A stretch of DNA of 64,000 nucleotides from Macrostomum hystrix (GCA_950097015.1 CATNEN010000001.1:27032001-27096000), one strand, 5' to 3'; positions 43,533-54,784 are shown, numbered from the stretch's first letter. Made by a program: numbers and translations. Notes: generated by a model not told the origin, from the letters alone.

Positions 43533-44041
43533 CCGGCATCCCATCAGTGTATTCCCGTGCCTCCTATCTCCGCAGTGTCGGCAGGGTTCTGCTAACCGAT
43601 AGGCCGGCATCCCATCAGTGTATTCCCGTGCCTCCTATCTCAGCAGTGTCGGCAGGGTTCTGCTAACAGATAGGCCGGCATCCCATCAGTGTATTCCCGT
43701 GCCTCCTATCTCCGCAGTGTCGGCAGGGTTCTGCTAACAGATAGGCCGGCATCCCATCAGTGTATTCCCGTGCCTCCTATCTCCGCAGTGTCGGCAGGGT
43801 TCTGCTAACAGATAGGCCGGCATCCCATCAGTGTATTCCCGTGCCTCCTATCTCCGCAGTGTCGGCAGGGTTCTGCTAACAGATAGGCCGGCATCCCATC
43901 AGTGTATTCCCGTGCCTCCTATCTCCGCAGTGTCGGCAGGGTTCTGCTAACAGATAGGCCGGCATCCCATCAGTGTATTCCCGTGCCTCCTATCTCCGCA
44001 GTGTCAGCAGATTGGCCGGCATCCCATCAGGGTTCTGCTAA
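43533..44041. repeat. 71-bp tandem array (~7 copies) in the right Polinton terminus
   Basis: ATAGGCCGGC recurs at 43599, 43670, 43741, 43812, 43883, 43954; inverted partial copies at 23554-23590 and 23743-23844. Confidence 0.93.
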
Positions 44042-45490
44042 CTCCTACTACTTACATCACAGAGAGAAATGTACATAAGTTTAGCGGATGCTTCTTCTGT
44101 GCTAAACCAGGACCTGTGAGGCCAGATGGGCACAAGTGTCGCATCACCTGGAACACCCTGAAGCCGAACATGCCGAAGTAAGATAATAGGCACGGTGCAC
44201 CAGAGAAGTGTACTGAGTGTGTAAATTTGTGTAAATATGTGTTGTCTATAGTTGTCGCAGTTGTCACAAGCCGCTAAGAAAATCATAAAAAATAGGGAGT
44301 TAGGGAAATAATAAATGGGCACACGGCCGTAGAAATAATGTGCTCCAATACCTACTCAGTAGAAATAGGAGTAGTGTGTGAAGAAAATGCAGAAGTTATG
44401 TTCGTTCAATTAAAGGCATTTAATGTTATAAGAGAGAATCTGTCTATAGGCGAAAGTGTTATAAGTCGGGCATGTGAAATTAGTTATCAATAAATGTCTG
44501 AACGAATTGTTAGTAGTTGGCTTGCTCCAATGAAGTACAGCAATTCTGAAGGGGAAGAGCAATGTAACGTCGCAATATAACGAAGATTGTGAAGAAATGA
44601 GAAGTGATTTCTCTCTGAAAGAGTTACTAGTAGCTGACATGTTTCAGTGAATAAAGGTAACTCAGAAGGGGAGGTGAAGTTTTCGGAGTGTTCCTGGATT
44701 GAAGTCCAGAAGCCCAGAGAGTAGTAGACTCTGGGAGAGTCATTGACAAGTTGTGAAGTCATGACTAAGTGATCAGTTCCAAAAGGCTGAGAAGAAGGCG
44801 CAGTGCTGATCTGAGGGATCAGATGTAGAGCCAGTATTGTGAAATTTTGTAAAGGCACAAAGGTTGCCTGAAATGGCCTACCTGAAGAAAGACACACTGT
44901 GGCCTGATGATCAGATGAGGACTGTGTTGTGATGTAAATAGGCATTGTGGTTGCCTGAGAAAGCAGATAAAGAGGCCTGAAGCAAGAAGTGAAGGGGCAC
45001 AGAAGATTGCCTGAAGAGGCCTATCTGAATAAGGGCACTGTTATGGCCTGAAGTGTATTTAAGAGAGGCAAATGATGCCTAGAGAAATAAGGGGAGACCC
45101 CTGTGTGAAATCTGAGAAGGCAGTGGCCTATGAATAATCAAATAAGAAATTATGAAAGCAGAGTAAATATGTTAGAGAAGGTAAATTAGTCTACATGAAT
45201 AAATTAGGAAATTAGATATTGCCCGCATGCCAGTTAAATTAAGTGACACAAATGGTCAAAAGCAAATATTACTGGTCACCTTTTCAGTTGTGAGAATTAA
45301 TTAAAAATAGTGAGGTGACGAAGAAGAACATGTGACAACTGTGCGACATACTGTGTAAATTGTTGTGTAAACACGCCTTAAACGTTGTGAAATTAGTATA
45401 AATGTTGTCTTTGAATATTTCTGTTGTATAAACCGAAAGGAATATGTAATGCGTGCTACTGTGAGTAAACGTGAAAGCACGTGAAAGCAC

Positions 45491-47068
45491 CTCAGCGGAT
45501 CCGAGAGGCCCAGGAGGAGTCGGTGTTCTGATAAGTCCACGGCTGCAGCGCTGCACCCGATGCGAGAGCCTATCACCGAGACTGCTGCGAGTTGACCTGC
45601 GCCTGCGCTCGCGAAATGTGCGCCTGTTCTGCGCCTATGCACCCACAGCTGCACACCCGACGGAGCATCAGCAATTTATGGAGTTCCTGTCGGGGCAGCT
45701 GGAGGCGGTCGCTCAGCGCGATTCGGTGCTTGTGCTCGGAGACTTCAACGCTGTGATGCGGAAATCTGAGCGCGCAAGGTTCGTCACTCCACGCGAGAAC
45801 AGCAACACCGACGCACTAGTTGACTTTGCAGGGCGACACGATCTAGTATCGGCAAACACTATTTTCCAAAAGCCACAACAGAGACTGGCTACTTTTGCAG
45901 GATGCAAAAGTCCGCGCCAAAAAGCAGGCGGTAAATTTGCTAAGAGGAGATTCGCTCAGCTGGACCACGTGCTGCTTCGCTGGCGAGAGCGGCGCCGCGT
46001 GACCAATTGCGACACGGTGGCTCCACTTGCTGTGCCGTCGGACCACAGGCTGCTGTATTGTGACCTGCACCTGAAGGACCCCCTGTATCGACCACCGAGA
46101 CGGCAACCGAAGCACTATTTCCGTGCCCTTCGCAACTCAACTGTGAAGGATCGTTTCTGCAAGGCTTTCACCGAGGCAATGGAAGCGAGGCCGGAGACTG
46201 CAGCTCTAGCAGACTACGGAAGCATCAGTTCAGCCATTCATGCCGCCGCTGCCAAAACACTGCCGATGGCGCAGGCAGCACCAAGTGGTAAGCCTGTGTG
46301 TGTGGCAGGATGATGAGTCACTGCGACAGGCCCGGCTGACAGTCGAGAGGCTGCGACGAAGAGGACAAGCCACAGAGGACGCTGAGAAAGCCCTGGCGGA
46401 GACCTTCAATTCGCGGCAGTGCGCCGCGGTGGAGGATGCTATCCGCAAAATCACCGACGCTGGTCCTGACAAAAAGCCGCGTGCCGTTTGTTTGGCTGTC
46501 AACGAGCTGACGGGACGCAAGCGGCGCAACGCGCTAAACCTAGCGGGTGATACACCTGAAAAACTGAGAAACCGGTTGAGGGGGCGGTTGTATCAGGCCG
46601 TAATTGAAACCGTGCTCTTGTACAACGCCCACACGTGGACCCTGACCAGCTCGCAGGAGCGGCAGTTGGACGCCGCACACGCAGCTCTCCTGCGCGCCGC
46701 CTTCGGGATCCACTACTCGCCGAACACCGCCACCATTGTCACCAACGATGAATTTTACCGCCGAGCCCAACTCCATCGACCAAGCCAGCTACTGCGATCC
46801 CGGCGCCTGCAGCTGGCCGGACACGTCTTTCGAGCGGAGCAGCGCTGCCCAGAGCCCCTGCAGGATGTACTGTTGCTTTCCCTGCAGGGACCGCGGCGGC
46901 GTGGCCAGGCGAGGACAGTGCGCTACGTCGACCTGCTTCTGTCGGACGCTGGCATCTCCGACCCCCTCGGAGTGACAATTCTGCGAAACGCTGCGCTTGC
47001 GCGCGCATTTTGACAGTTACCCACCTTCGGCACCGCCGGGGTAGCTGTAATTTGTTGTTGTTGTTGTT
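45491..47068 (+). mobile_element. 5'-truncated, internally deleted RTE-type LINE
   Basis: APE motifs GVG, YAPT, GDFNA, LDHVL, SDH. C-terminal LYQAVIETVLLY..TW..LDA..LLR..GI..TN..L.LAGH; RT core absent. (TTG)n tail; TSD GTGAAAGCAC. Confidence 0.85.
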
Positions 47069-47222
47069 GTGAAAGCACATCCAAGCTCAATATCCTCGCC
47101 ATTATGAAAGGTGAGAGTGATGACGTAACCACTTTCCCATAAGTATCAGTGCTAATTAGTTTCCAATTGCGGATTGAAAACATTAAAATACGATAATTTC
47201 ATGAAATAATGAAGCTAGAAAA

Positions 47223-48256
47223 GTGATTAAAAATCAGACAACAGGATTCACTCCACATTATCTATTGTTTGGACGTGAGGCGGATATGCCAATAGACAGT
47301 GTTGTCAAAAGGCCCAGATTGTACTACAACTATCCTAGCTATGTAGCTGAGCATGCAAAAAGAATTGAGGAGATGCATAAGGTTGTTCAGAAAAAATTAG
47401 AAAAGGTGCGAGACCGTCGGGAGCAGGCTGCTGAGACAGTGACTACCAAGGCCGTGCCAATTCGCGGTCTCGTGTTGATAAACAATCCACAGTTGCATGG
47501 TGACGAGAGCACTAAATTTCACCGAAAGAAGAGAGCCCCGTACAGAGTGTTGGCTAAGCTTTCTGACACAGTTTTCCGAGTCCAGAAAGAGAAGAATGGA
47601 AAACTAATCGTGCCATGATGCTGGTACACCGGAATAATCTGACTCCTGTACCGAACTCGGTCAAAGCCACGGGCATGCCCGAAAGTTCTGACATGGAGAA
47701 GAGAGAACCAACAGGTAAGGGAAGGCAGGAGACTGCCCAGAAGATCCAGAAAAGAAAGGAAGTGCAACCTAAGATTGTGAAAGAGGCAGTCCAAGAAATC
47801 GAGCAAGAAGAAAGCTCTGACTCAGAAGAGGAAAGAATTCAATGGAGAGCTTGCAAAGAGATAAGTGGAAGTGAGATTGAAGAAACTGATGAAGACTCTG
47901 ACACAGAATCCGGAAGTTCGGCAGAAGAACTTATCGAAGACTCTGAAACGGAAACGGAGGAAGAGTTAGAAGAGTCGGAAGAAGATAACGAAGAAGAACC
48001 TGAAGCTGAACCATCAGACCATGATGTTGAGGAGGAACCAGCCTGTGAGGAGGAGGCTGAGGACCGAGCGGATACAGCCAGTGGAACGGCAGCACCACTT
48101 CAGTGGCGAGAGGTGCGGTACAACCTGCGGCCAAGAAAGCCTACAGTCATCAATGAGCCAGCAGTTCCGACACCTGACGCGAATCGCAGGGAGGCACCGC
48201 GTATACCTAACAAGTATGGCTTTGTGCCAAGGAAGCGGTACGCCCACTACCAGTGA
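47223..48256 (+). pseudogene. C-terminal integrase remnant and acidic tail of LTR-A
   Basis: TTGFTPHYLLFGRE, GPY/F-like APYRVL, VHRNNL after a frameshift near 47615, RYNLRPR. Confidence 0.75.
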
Positions 48257-48299
48257 CAGCAGAAACGGCAGCGGCAGCAGCAGCAGCAGCAACGAAGAA

Positions 48300-48766
48300 C
48301 GAGGCCGCCGATCAGGCGGCGGCCAGGGCGGCAAAACTAGACCAAAGTCAGGTCCCGATCCAGTTGGACGCCGCCAGAGCAGCCACCCGACGCTGCCGGC
48401 GCGCCCTGGATATCATAGCAGTCGGCCCCTTCTGGAGCCCGCCCCAGGGTCTGCCGCGGAAGCAACAGGTCCTGGTCAACCAACTTCGCGCGGGCGCCAG
48501 CATGGTCGATAGAAAGACCCGCTACCGTCTCGGTGTCGACGCGTCCCCGCTGTGTCCCGATTGCGGCGAGGTGGACAGTGTCGACCACGTCGTTCTCCAC
48601 TGTCCAAGAGGCGACCGCCACCGAGCCCTACGCGGAATCCCGGCCGAGAACTTGATGGAGAACCCGGCCGCGGTCGTCGAGCTCCTGCGCAGTATGGGGC
48701 GCCTCTAGCGCCCCCGCCCTTATCGGTACTCCGGATCGGGCGCGCCCTGAAAAAGAAAGAAAAGAA
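48300..48766 (+). mobile_element. 3' fragment of an ingi/I-group LINE (heavily 5'-truncated)
   Basis: NQLRAG..CPDC..DHVVLHCP..LLRSMGRL-stop, homologous to the end of the adjacent LINE; A/G-rich tail; flanked by AGCAACGAAGAA on both sides. Confidence 0.85.
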
Positions 48767-48778
48767 AGCAACGAAGAA

Positions 48779-48832
48779 GGGGGCTAGGAGACGACGTCCA
48801 CGACGTGCCCCTGGAGAGGACTAACGGTCTCC
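48779..48832 (+). ncRNA. Minimal HDV-like self-cleaving ribozyme
   Basis: P1 GGGGGC/GCCCCT with 5' G-U wobble; P2 GGAGAC(G)/(CG)GTCTCC; P3 ACG/CGT; L3 TCCACGA; P1.1 CC/GG; J4/2 CTAA (C48821); P4 reduced to AGAGGA. The predicted cut site is the element's 5' boundary. Confidence 0.85.
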
Positions 48833-51800
48833 CCAACCACCGAGTCTGCGCAGACTCCGACATCGATAGTGAACTGATACAAGTGCTGCGTCTCCGTGGA
48901 GGCAACGCCAACGCCAACCCCAGCGCCAAGCGTCCAAGGACCCGTCGGTCAGCACGCAAGCGCAGAGGGCGCGACCGGAGGTCTCAAGCAGAGCCGACTC
49001 AAGAGCTCCGCGCTCTTCAGTTCAATTCTAACGGACTGAAGGCCCGCATGACGGAGCTGAGTCATTGGCTCGCGACACACCGCCCGGCCGTCGCCCTGAT
49101 CCAGGAGACAAAGCTGGTCAAGGACGAGGATTTCACCCCTCCCGCGAACTACTGCGTCGCCGCTCGGGTCGACGGGATCCCGTACCTCAACGACGCTGAA
49201 AGTGTTAGCCAGGATGCCCAGCCGCGTCTGGATGGTGCTCAACCACGCGCGGCTGACGACCAGCCGGACACCTCCGACGATACCGGCGGACCGTCGATGC
49301 GCGTTGCTGGAAGGCTTGTGGCCAGACCTACGTGTCGCCTCCGGTTCCCAGACGACCGTAGTAACTGGTGCCGAGGCTGTCGCTCCCGCCGCACCGCTTG
49401 CTCCGAGCGGGACAACCCGCTCCCACAGGCGCAAATTCAACCGCCAGACGGGGCCAAGCCCAGTGATGCGTTGGGGCGCAATAGGACGGCGTCGCCCCCG
49501 GCCGTTAACACCAAGAAACAAAAAAAGACGACCGGCAGGGGCGGAGTCATCACCCTGGTGCGCCTCAACGTTCGGTACAGCAACCTTCCGCCTATCCCAC
49601 AAGACCAGGACAAACTGGACGCTGCTGCTATCACCATCCACCCCGAAGGCCGCGCGCCAGTCCAAATTGTCAACGTTTACGCGCCGCCTGCGAGTGCCCA
49701 GCGCCACGACAATTGGACACCGAACCTCGCACTCCTCCCAACGAATGACACCACGGTGATCGGAGGGGACTTCAACGGCCATGGCAGCTGGGACGGCTGG
49801 GTCGATGAGGACGAGAGGGGCCACTCGATCGAACACTGGTGCTCTGCTAACCATCTCCAAATTTGCAATGGTGCCGCACACACCCGCAGCAGCCCAAAGC
49901 AGCGGCTCCCGCAGCTCCCCGGACCTGACGCTCGCCAGTGAGCGCCTGGCAGCGAACATCGCCAACGGCTGGAGGACGGAGCGTGATATGGGCAGCGACC
50001 ACCTGCCAATCACGTTCCCGCTGACACGGTTACGCCAATGCCGTGACACCCGCCGCCGTACCCGCTGGAGCTTTCGCAAAGCCCAATGGACCGCCTTCCA
50101 GCAGCACCTCGATGAACTCCAGGGCCCGCAAGCCTGGGGCAGCATCGAGCAGCGACACGCCGCGTTTTGCAGTGACATCCTTGAAGCAGCGGCCCTCGCG
50201 ATACCCCGCGGCAGTCCTTCGAACCACAGGCCACCTTTCTGGAACTCCAACTGCGAAAAAGCCCGAGACAACTGCAACCAGAAGCGGAAAGAAGCCGAAG
50301 CCATGCCAAATCCTCAGAGCTTAGCCGACTACAACCGGGCCAGACACGAGGCGGGAAACACCATCCGCAAAGAACGCCGCGAGTACCTCGAAGACCGGGC
50401 ACAACACCTCACCGTCGGCAGCGACCTCTTCCAATTTCTCCGCGCCACGCGAGGCGACAGGGCACCACAGCGCGGCAAGGTGGACATCGCCCGCACTGCG
50501 CCGGATGGGTCGGACCTTCGCCCAGCCCGTACCGATAAAGAAAAAGCGGACATCTTTTGCCAGCACTATGCCTCCGTCGCCAGAGTGCACCGCCGCAAGA
50601 CGGACGCCCCCGTCCGGGATGTCGCTAAGATGGCCCGCAAGAATCCGGTAACCACTGCTGTCCCCTTCTCCATGGCTGAACTCCACGCTGCCATCCGTCG
50701 CCTAAAATCAGGCAAGAGCCCAGGTCCTGACGGCATCCACAATGAGATGCTCAAGCGGCTCAGCACCCGGTTCGACCAACGTTTACTCGACCTAATCAAT
50801 GCTACCTGGACTAACAAGCAATGTCCGCGCAGCTGGCGGCTGGCGACCATCATCCCGATCGCAAAAAAGGGGAAGGACCCGAAGCTTGTGGCCTCCTACA
50901 GGCCAGTGGCCCTCACGAGCTGCGTTGCTAAGTGTGCGGAGCGTATGGTGTTACAACGCTTGCAACATGAACTTGAATCTAAGGGCCTGCTCTCGCCGGC
51001 CCAAGCTGGGTTCCGCCGCGGACGTAGCACGGAGGAACAACTGGCGCGTGTCTGCCAAGACATTTTTGACGGCCTCGAGCGCTCCCCGGCCTTCCGGAGC
51101 ATCCTCAGCTGCCAGGATTTCAAGAGCGCGTACGAATCTGTCTGGAAAGAGGCCCTGACCTACAAGATGGTCCGGCTCGGCATCGATGCCAACACGATCA
51201 GCTGGACGGCCGCTTTCCTCGAAGATCGCAGAGCTACGGTGTGTTGGAACGGCACCATGAGCAGCCAACGCACTTTTCGGGAGGGTCTGCCACAAGGGTC
51301 GGTGCTGGCCCCGACCCTCTGGAACATCTTCGTCAACGATCTTGCCACAGACGTTACCGAGGCATCTCCCAACTGCGGAATAAGCCTGTACGCGGACGAT
51401 TCGGCGCTCCTGGCCACACAACCATCCCTGCTCAAGTGTGCCGAGGTTCTCCAACCAGCTCTGGATGCTGTGACCAGCTGGTGCTCCCGCTGGAAGATCG
51501 AATTAAGTACCAACAAGTGCTGCTACTGCACGTTCACCCTTGCTCCGAATGAGGTCAATGGGAAGGTCCGGGTCCCGCTCCAGCTCGGCAATGAGCCTCT
51601 CAACTTCGACCCGAATCCAAGGTTCCTTGGCTTGGTTCTCGACGGCCAACTCAACTTCAAGTCCCACGCTGCTGATGTCCGTAAGCGCATGAGCCAACGC
51701 CGCCGAGCCCTGGCTAGCCTCGCGAGCAGGAAGGCCGGTGCCTCCCAGAATGTCCCTACGCACTGCCTACCTGGCGACCATCCGTGCCGTCGCCGACCAT

Positions 51801-53135
51801 GGCTGCGGCATCTGGGGAGCGAGCGCCGCGCCGAGTACCAAATTGTTGATAGAGCAGCAGCAGAACGCTTGTGCGCGCATCATCACCGGATGCCCGCAGC
51901 TCACTCGCTCTACGAACCTCCTAGCCGCAGCGAACCTACCGCCTTTTGGACACGTGATCCTTGAGCGCGCCGCACTCCTCCGCGAACGTGTCCTCCGCCT
52001 GCCAGACGACGTCCCGGCCCACGACTCCGCAGAGCGCATCACCCGCAGCAGGCTCCTCAATCGCGCTTTTGAAAGTGCCAATCGTCGCCAGGAACCGACC
52101 ATCAATCCTCTGCTTCTAAATGACTATCGTCGTCCGTTCCGAGGTTGCTGGCGTCGCGTGGCTCTTGAGCTCACTGAGGCCGCCCATCTTGAGGCCCTTC
52201 CACGCGAGCCATACCCGCCGCCGACCCCCGAGATCAACTGCCTGATGGACAATCCACGGATCCACTTCAACCTGGCGCTCACCGCTTTGTGCGCCCGCTA
52301 TCTCCCGACGAGCATCCGACGCGACCGGGCGCTGAACTTCCTTGCCGATCTCCAACCGACGGACATCGACGTCTGGACCGACGGCTCCGTCAGGGACGGC
52401 ACCTCGGATGCCTGGGGCGCCGCCGTTATCAACACCCGCAGGTGGGGTACCATTATTGCCGCCCCTGCCGGCCGGGTCGCTTGCTCCTTCCAGGCGGAGA
52501 TATGCGCGATACGGGCGGCCCTCGATTACATCAGACAGCTGACGCCGGACCACGGGACGTCGATCCGCATCCATAGCGACTCGCTGGCGGCGCTGGCAGC
52601 CCTTGAGCACGGCCCCTGCGAGCAGCGCTCGGCTGATGGCAGCCTTTGCTGGGCAACGCTGAGCGCCTTTCAACACAGCTGCGAGTTTGTTTGGGTCCCG
52701 GCGCACTGCGACATCCCGGGAAATGAGTTGGCCGACCGCTACGCTAATCGCGCCCGTCTGGTACGACAGCAGGACAGGCCCATCTCTTTCCAAGCTGCTA
52801 TGGCGGCCCTTCGCCGGGCGAGAGCCGCCCTTGACCTCGAGGTGCTGGGGCCGTGCTGGCGCTCCACCCCCAAACACCTCAGCCGCACCGAGACGGTCGC
52901 CATCAACCAGCTCAGGGCGGGATGCTCGATGCTGGCCAATTCCACCCGCCATCGTCTCGGCCTCACTGACGACCCGCTCTGCCGCGACTGTGGCAACCTC
53001 GATACTGAAGAGCACATTCTCTTCGAGTGCCCGCGCGGCGACGGTACCCGTGTTCGCTACGACAACTGGGACGAGGCCCTGCATTTATACCCTGAACAAG
53101 TCCTCGCCCTCCTGCGCAGACTGGGGCGCCTCTGA
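48781..53135 (+). pseudogene. LINE polyprotein with two frameshifts (near 49895 and 51755)
   Basis: APE FNSNGL, IQETKL, GGV, NVYAPP, GDFN, PDLT, SDHLP; RT SYRPVALTS, QAGFR, GLPQGSVL, YADD; RNase H TDGS, AE, SDS, WVPAH..GNELAD; terminal CxxC-x7-H-x4-C. Confidence 0.92.
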
Positions 53136-54126
53136 GCGCTCCTCCTCCTCGCTGCCTGTAGCAGCTTTGGGGACGGTGGATTCAGAAGAAGAAGAAGAAG
53201 CAACGAAGAAGCGGAGGCGACGGGACTGATGACGGTGATCTGATGCTACACAAAGTAAAATTGACTCATATGCTTTATTCAATTTTTATATTAGGGAAGG
53301 CAGGTTGTAGTAGGGATGCTTTTATCATTTTTTTAAAAGTCAAATTCGTACCTATGCTCTTTGTTTTAATGCGCTAAATATTTTTTATATGTAAAATATT
53401 ATAAATATTCTGTCAAATTCATTCATTTTAACAAACCTTTTTTGTGTATATATACGAGTGCAATTCCTATGAAACAAAGCAACGTGCCAGTGTCGCGAAA
53501 AGCAAATAAGCTATAACTGAGTAAGAAGATGTTCAAGTGTTGAGTTGGTTATTTGAGGCTGTGACCCTCTGGTCCTGGAGAAACGCCCAGCAAAGACTGG
53601 AGAATAAGAGACCAGTGCCTTAGAAGGATAAACCGCTTGTGCCGAGAGATACGCTACCAAGAGAGAGAAAAGTAGAGTGAGAAGCCCTGTTACATTATTA
53701 TCCATGCAGCATTTGTTACATTAAATGCAGGTTATGTGTACGTGTTAAAAATAACATGTACAAGTTGCAGTGCGAATAGCAATTTTTTGGTTCTTTGACT
53801 CTTAAATATTGTTGCAAATACAATATATAGGCCCTACAACAATATTGATCATAGTCATACAAACTTGCTTTTCAAGCAGATTAAACGGATTGATTGTCTT
53901 TGAAAATAACATTATGAAAATCAACAGCTACGTACAACTGTAAAAACATAACTGCAACAATTATACTTTATGTAATTGTTATTTAATTATTTAGGTATTA
54001 ATATGTAATTATAAAGAGCTAAAAAATTACTGAACTAATCCATATATATGCTGATTTAAGATTTGTCGCCAGATTGACTGGATACCACCCCATAACTGCA
54101 TGCAATTCTCATTCCTTTTGTATAAC

Positions 54127-54567
54127 TGTAGTGTCAGCTTGTTTGCCCTTCTATCTCCCCGTGTTATTATTCAGTGCTTATTTTTAGACACGTGTATTTT
54201 GCTAAGAGTTCACCCACGCCAAGCCGGGCCGGACCAGCTGGGGGAAATGACGCCCACCACCCCGCGAGCGCTACCCCTGGGCTACGGTCCCGGCCAATCA
54301 GCGAGCGACCCGGCCTCACTACCTGTCTACCCTCGGCAAGAAGCGACCCCGGGGCTCAGAACGGCGGTCGCAAGTCTACTGCGATTTGTCGCCTTGGCTC
54401 AAGCTACAGCCAGGCATCCACCTCGCCGATCGACCTAATTTGGGGTTAAAATGACTCTATATAACGAAGCATGTTTTTGTAGTCCAAATTATCTTTTTCT
54501 CCGCAATCCGCCTCACACTGTGAGAAGCACGTGCAAATTATCGTTCTCCGCAATTCGCCTCACACTG
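54127..54567 (+). mobile_element. 3'-truncated copy of the LTR-C LTR
   Basis: Near-identical to 62645-63093; starts TGTAGTGTCAGC; similarity ends abruptly at 54567. Confidence 0.9.
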
Positions 54568-54784
54568 TCCCGGTGGGACAACCGCGCCCAATCCGCGCCC
54601 TCCCACCAGCGCCCCGCTGTACGCCCCACTATACGCCCACCCACCGATAACTGGTGGGAGGGCGCATAGTGTGGCCAGGCGGCGCACTGGTGGCCCACCA
54701 GTGTGGGGCGCGGGTTGGGGTCGACGGGAGGTAAATAAAATTCGGGGCATATCCTCAAAGTCTACTGTTAGTAGAAATGTTAGT

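Larger units (their letters stand above)
23543..44052. mobile_element. Polinton/Maverick (adintovirus-like endogenous dsDNA virus)
   Basis: Termini AGTAGT...ACTACT, perfect 25-bp outer inverted repeat plus longer imperfect TIR modules, 6-bp TSD TACATC (23537-23542 / 44053-44058). Encodes pPolB, RVE integrase, major and minor capsid, adenain protease and packaging ATPase. Confidence 0.96.
48779..53198 (+). mobile_element. Apparently full-length ingi/I-group LINE (APE-RT-RNase H-CCHC)
   Basis: Flanked by AGCAACGAAGAA (48767-48778 / 53199-53210), (GAA)n tail, 5' ribozyme fold. Confidence 0.92.
22873..53694 (+). mobile_element. Non-autonomous/deleted Gypsy-type LTR element (LTR-A) hosting several nested insertions
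   Basis: LTRs 22873-23259 and 53306-53694 (TGTAG...TTACA; 3 substitutions and 2 homopolymer indels), 4-bp TSD TTAT, PBS TGGTGGCAGCGG after the 5' LTR (tRNA-Leu-like), purine tract before the 3' LTR. Only ~3 kb of own internal sequence remains: a zinc-knuckle-like remnant and an integrase C-terminus, with no RT seen. Confidence 0.9.

Noticed and set aside
23543-44052. Idea that the Polinton was already dead when it integrated, because it has many lesions inside a young LTR element
   Set aside because: The host LTR divergence allows tens of mutations over 15 kb, and single-base indels may be assembly errors; not decidable here.
48949-53084. Long antisense ORFs (451 aa, 322 aa) within the LINE, and similar short ORFs inside the Gypsy elements
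   Set aside because: Shadow frames of GC-rich coding sequence with no recognisable motifs.
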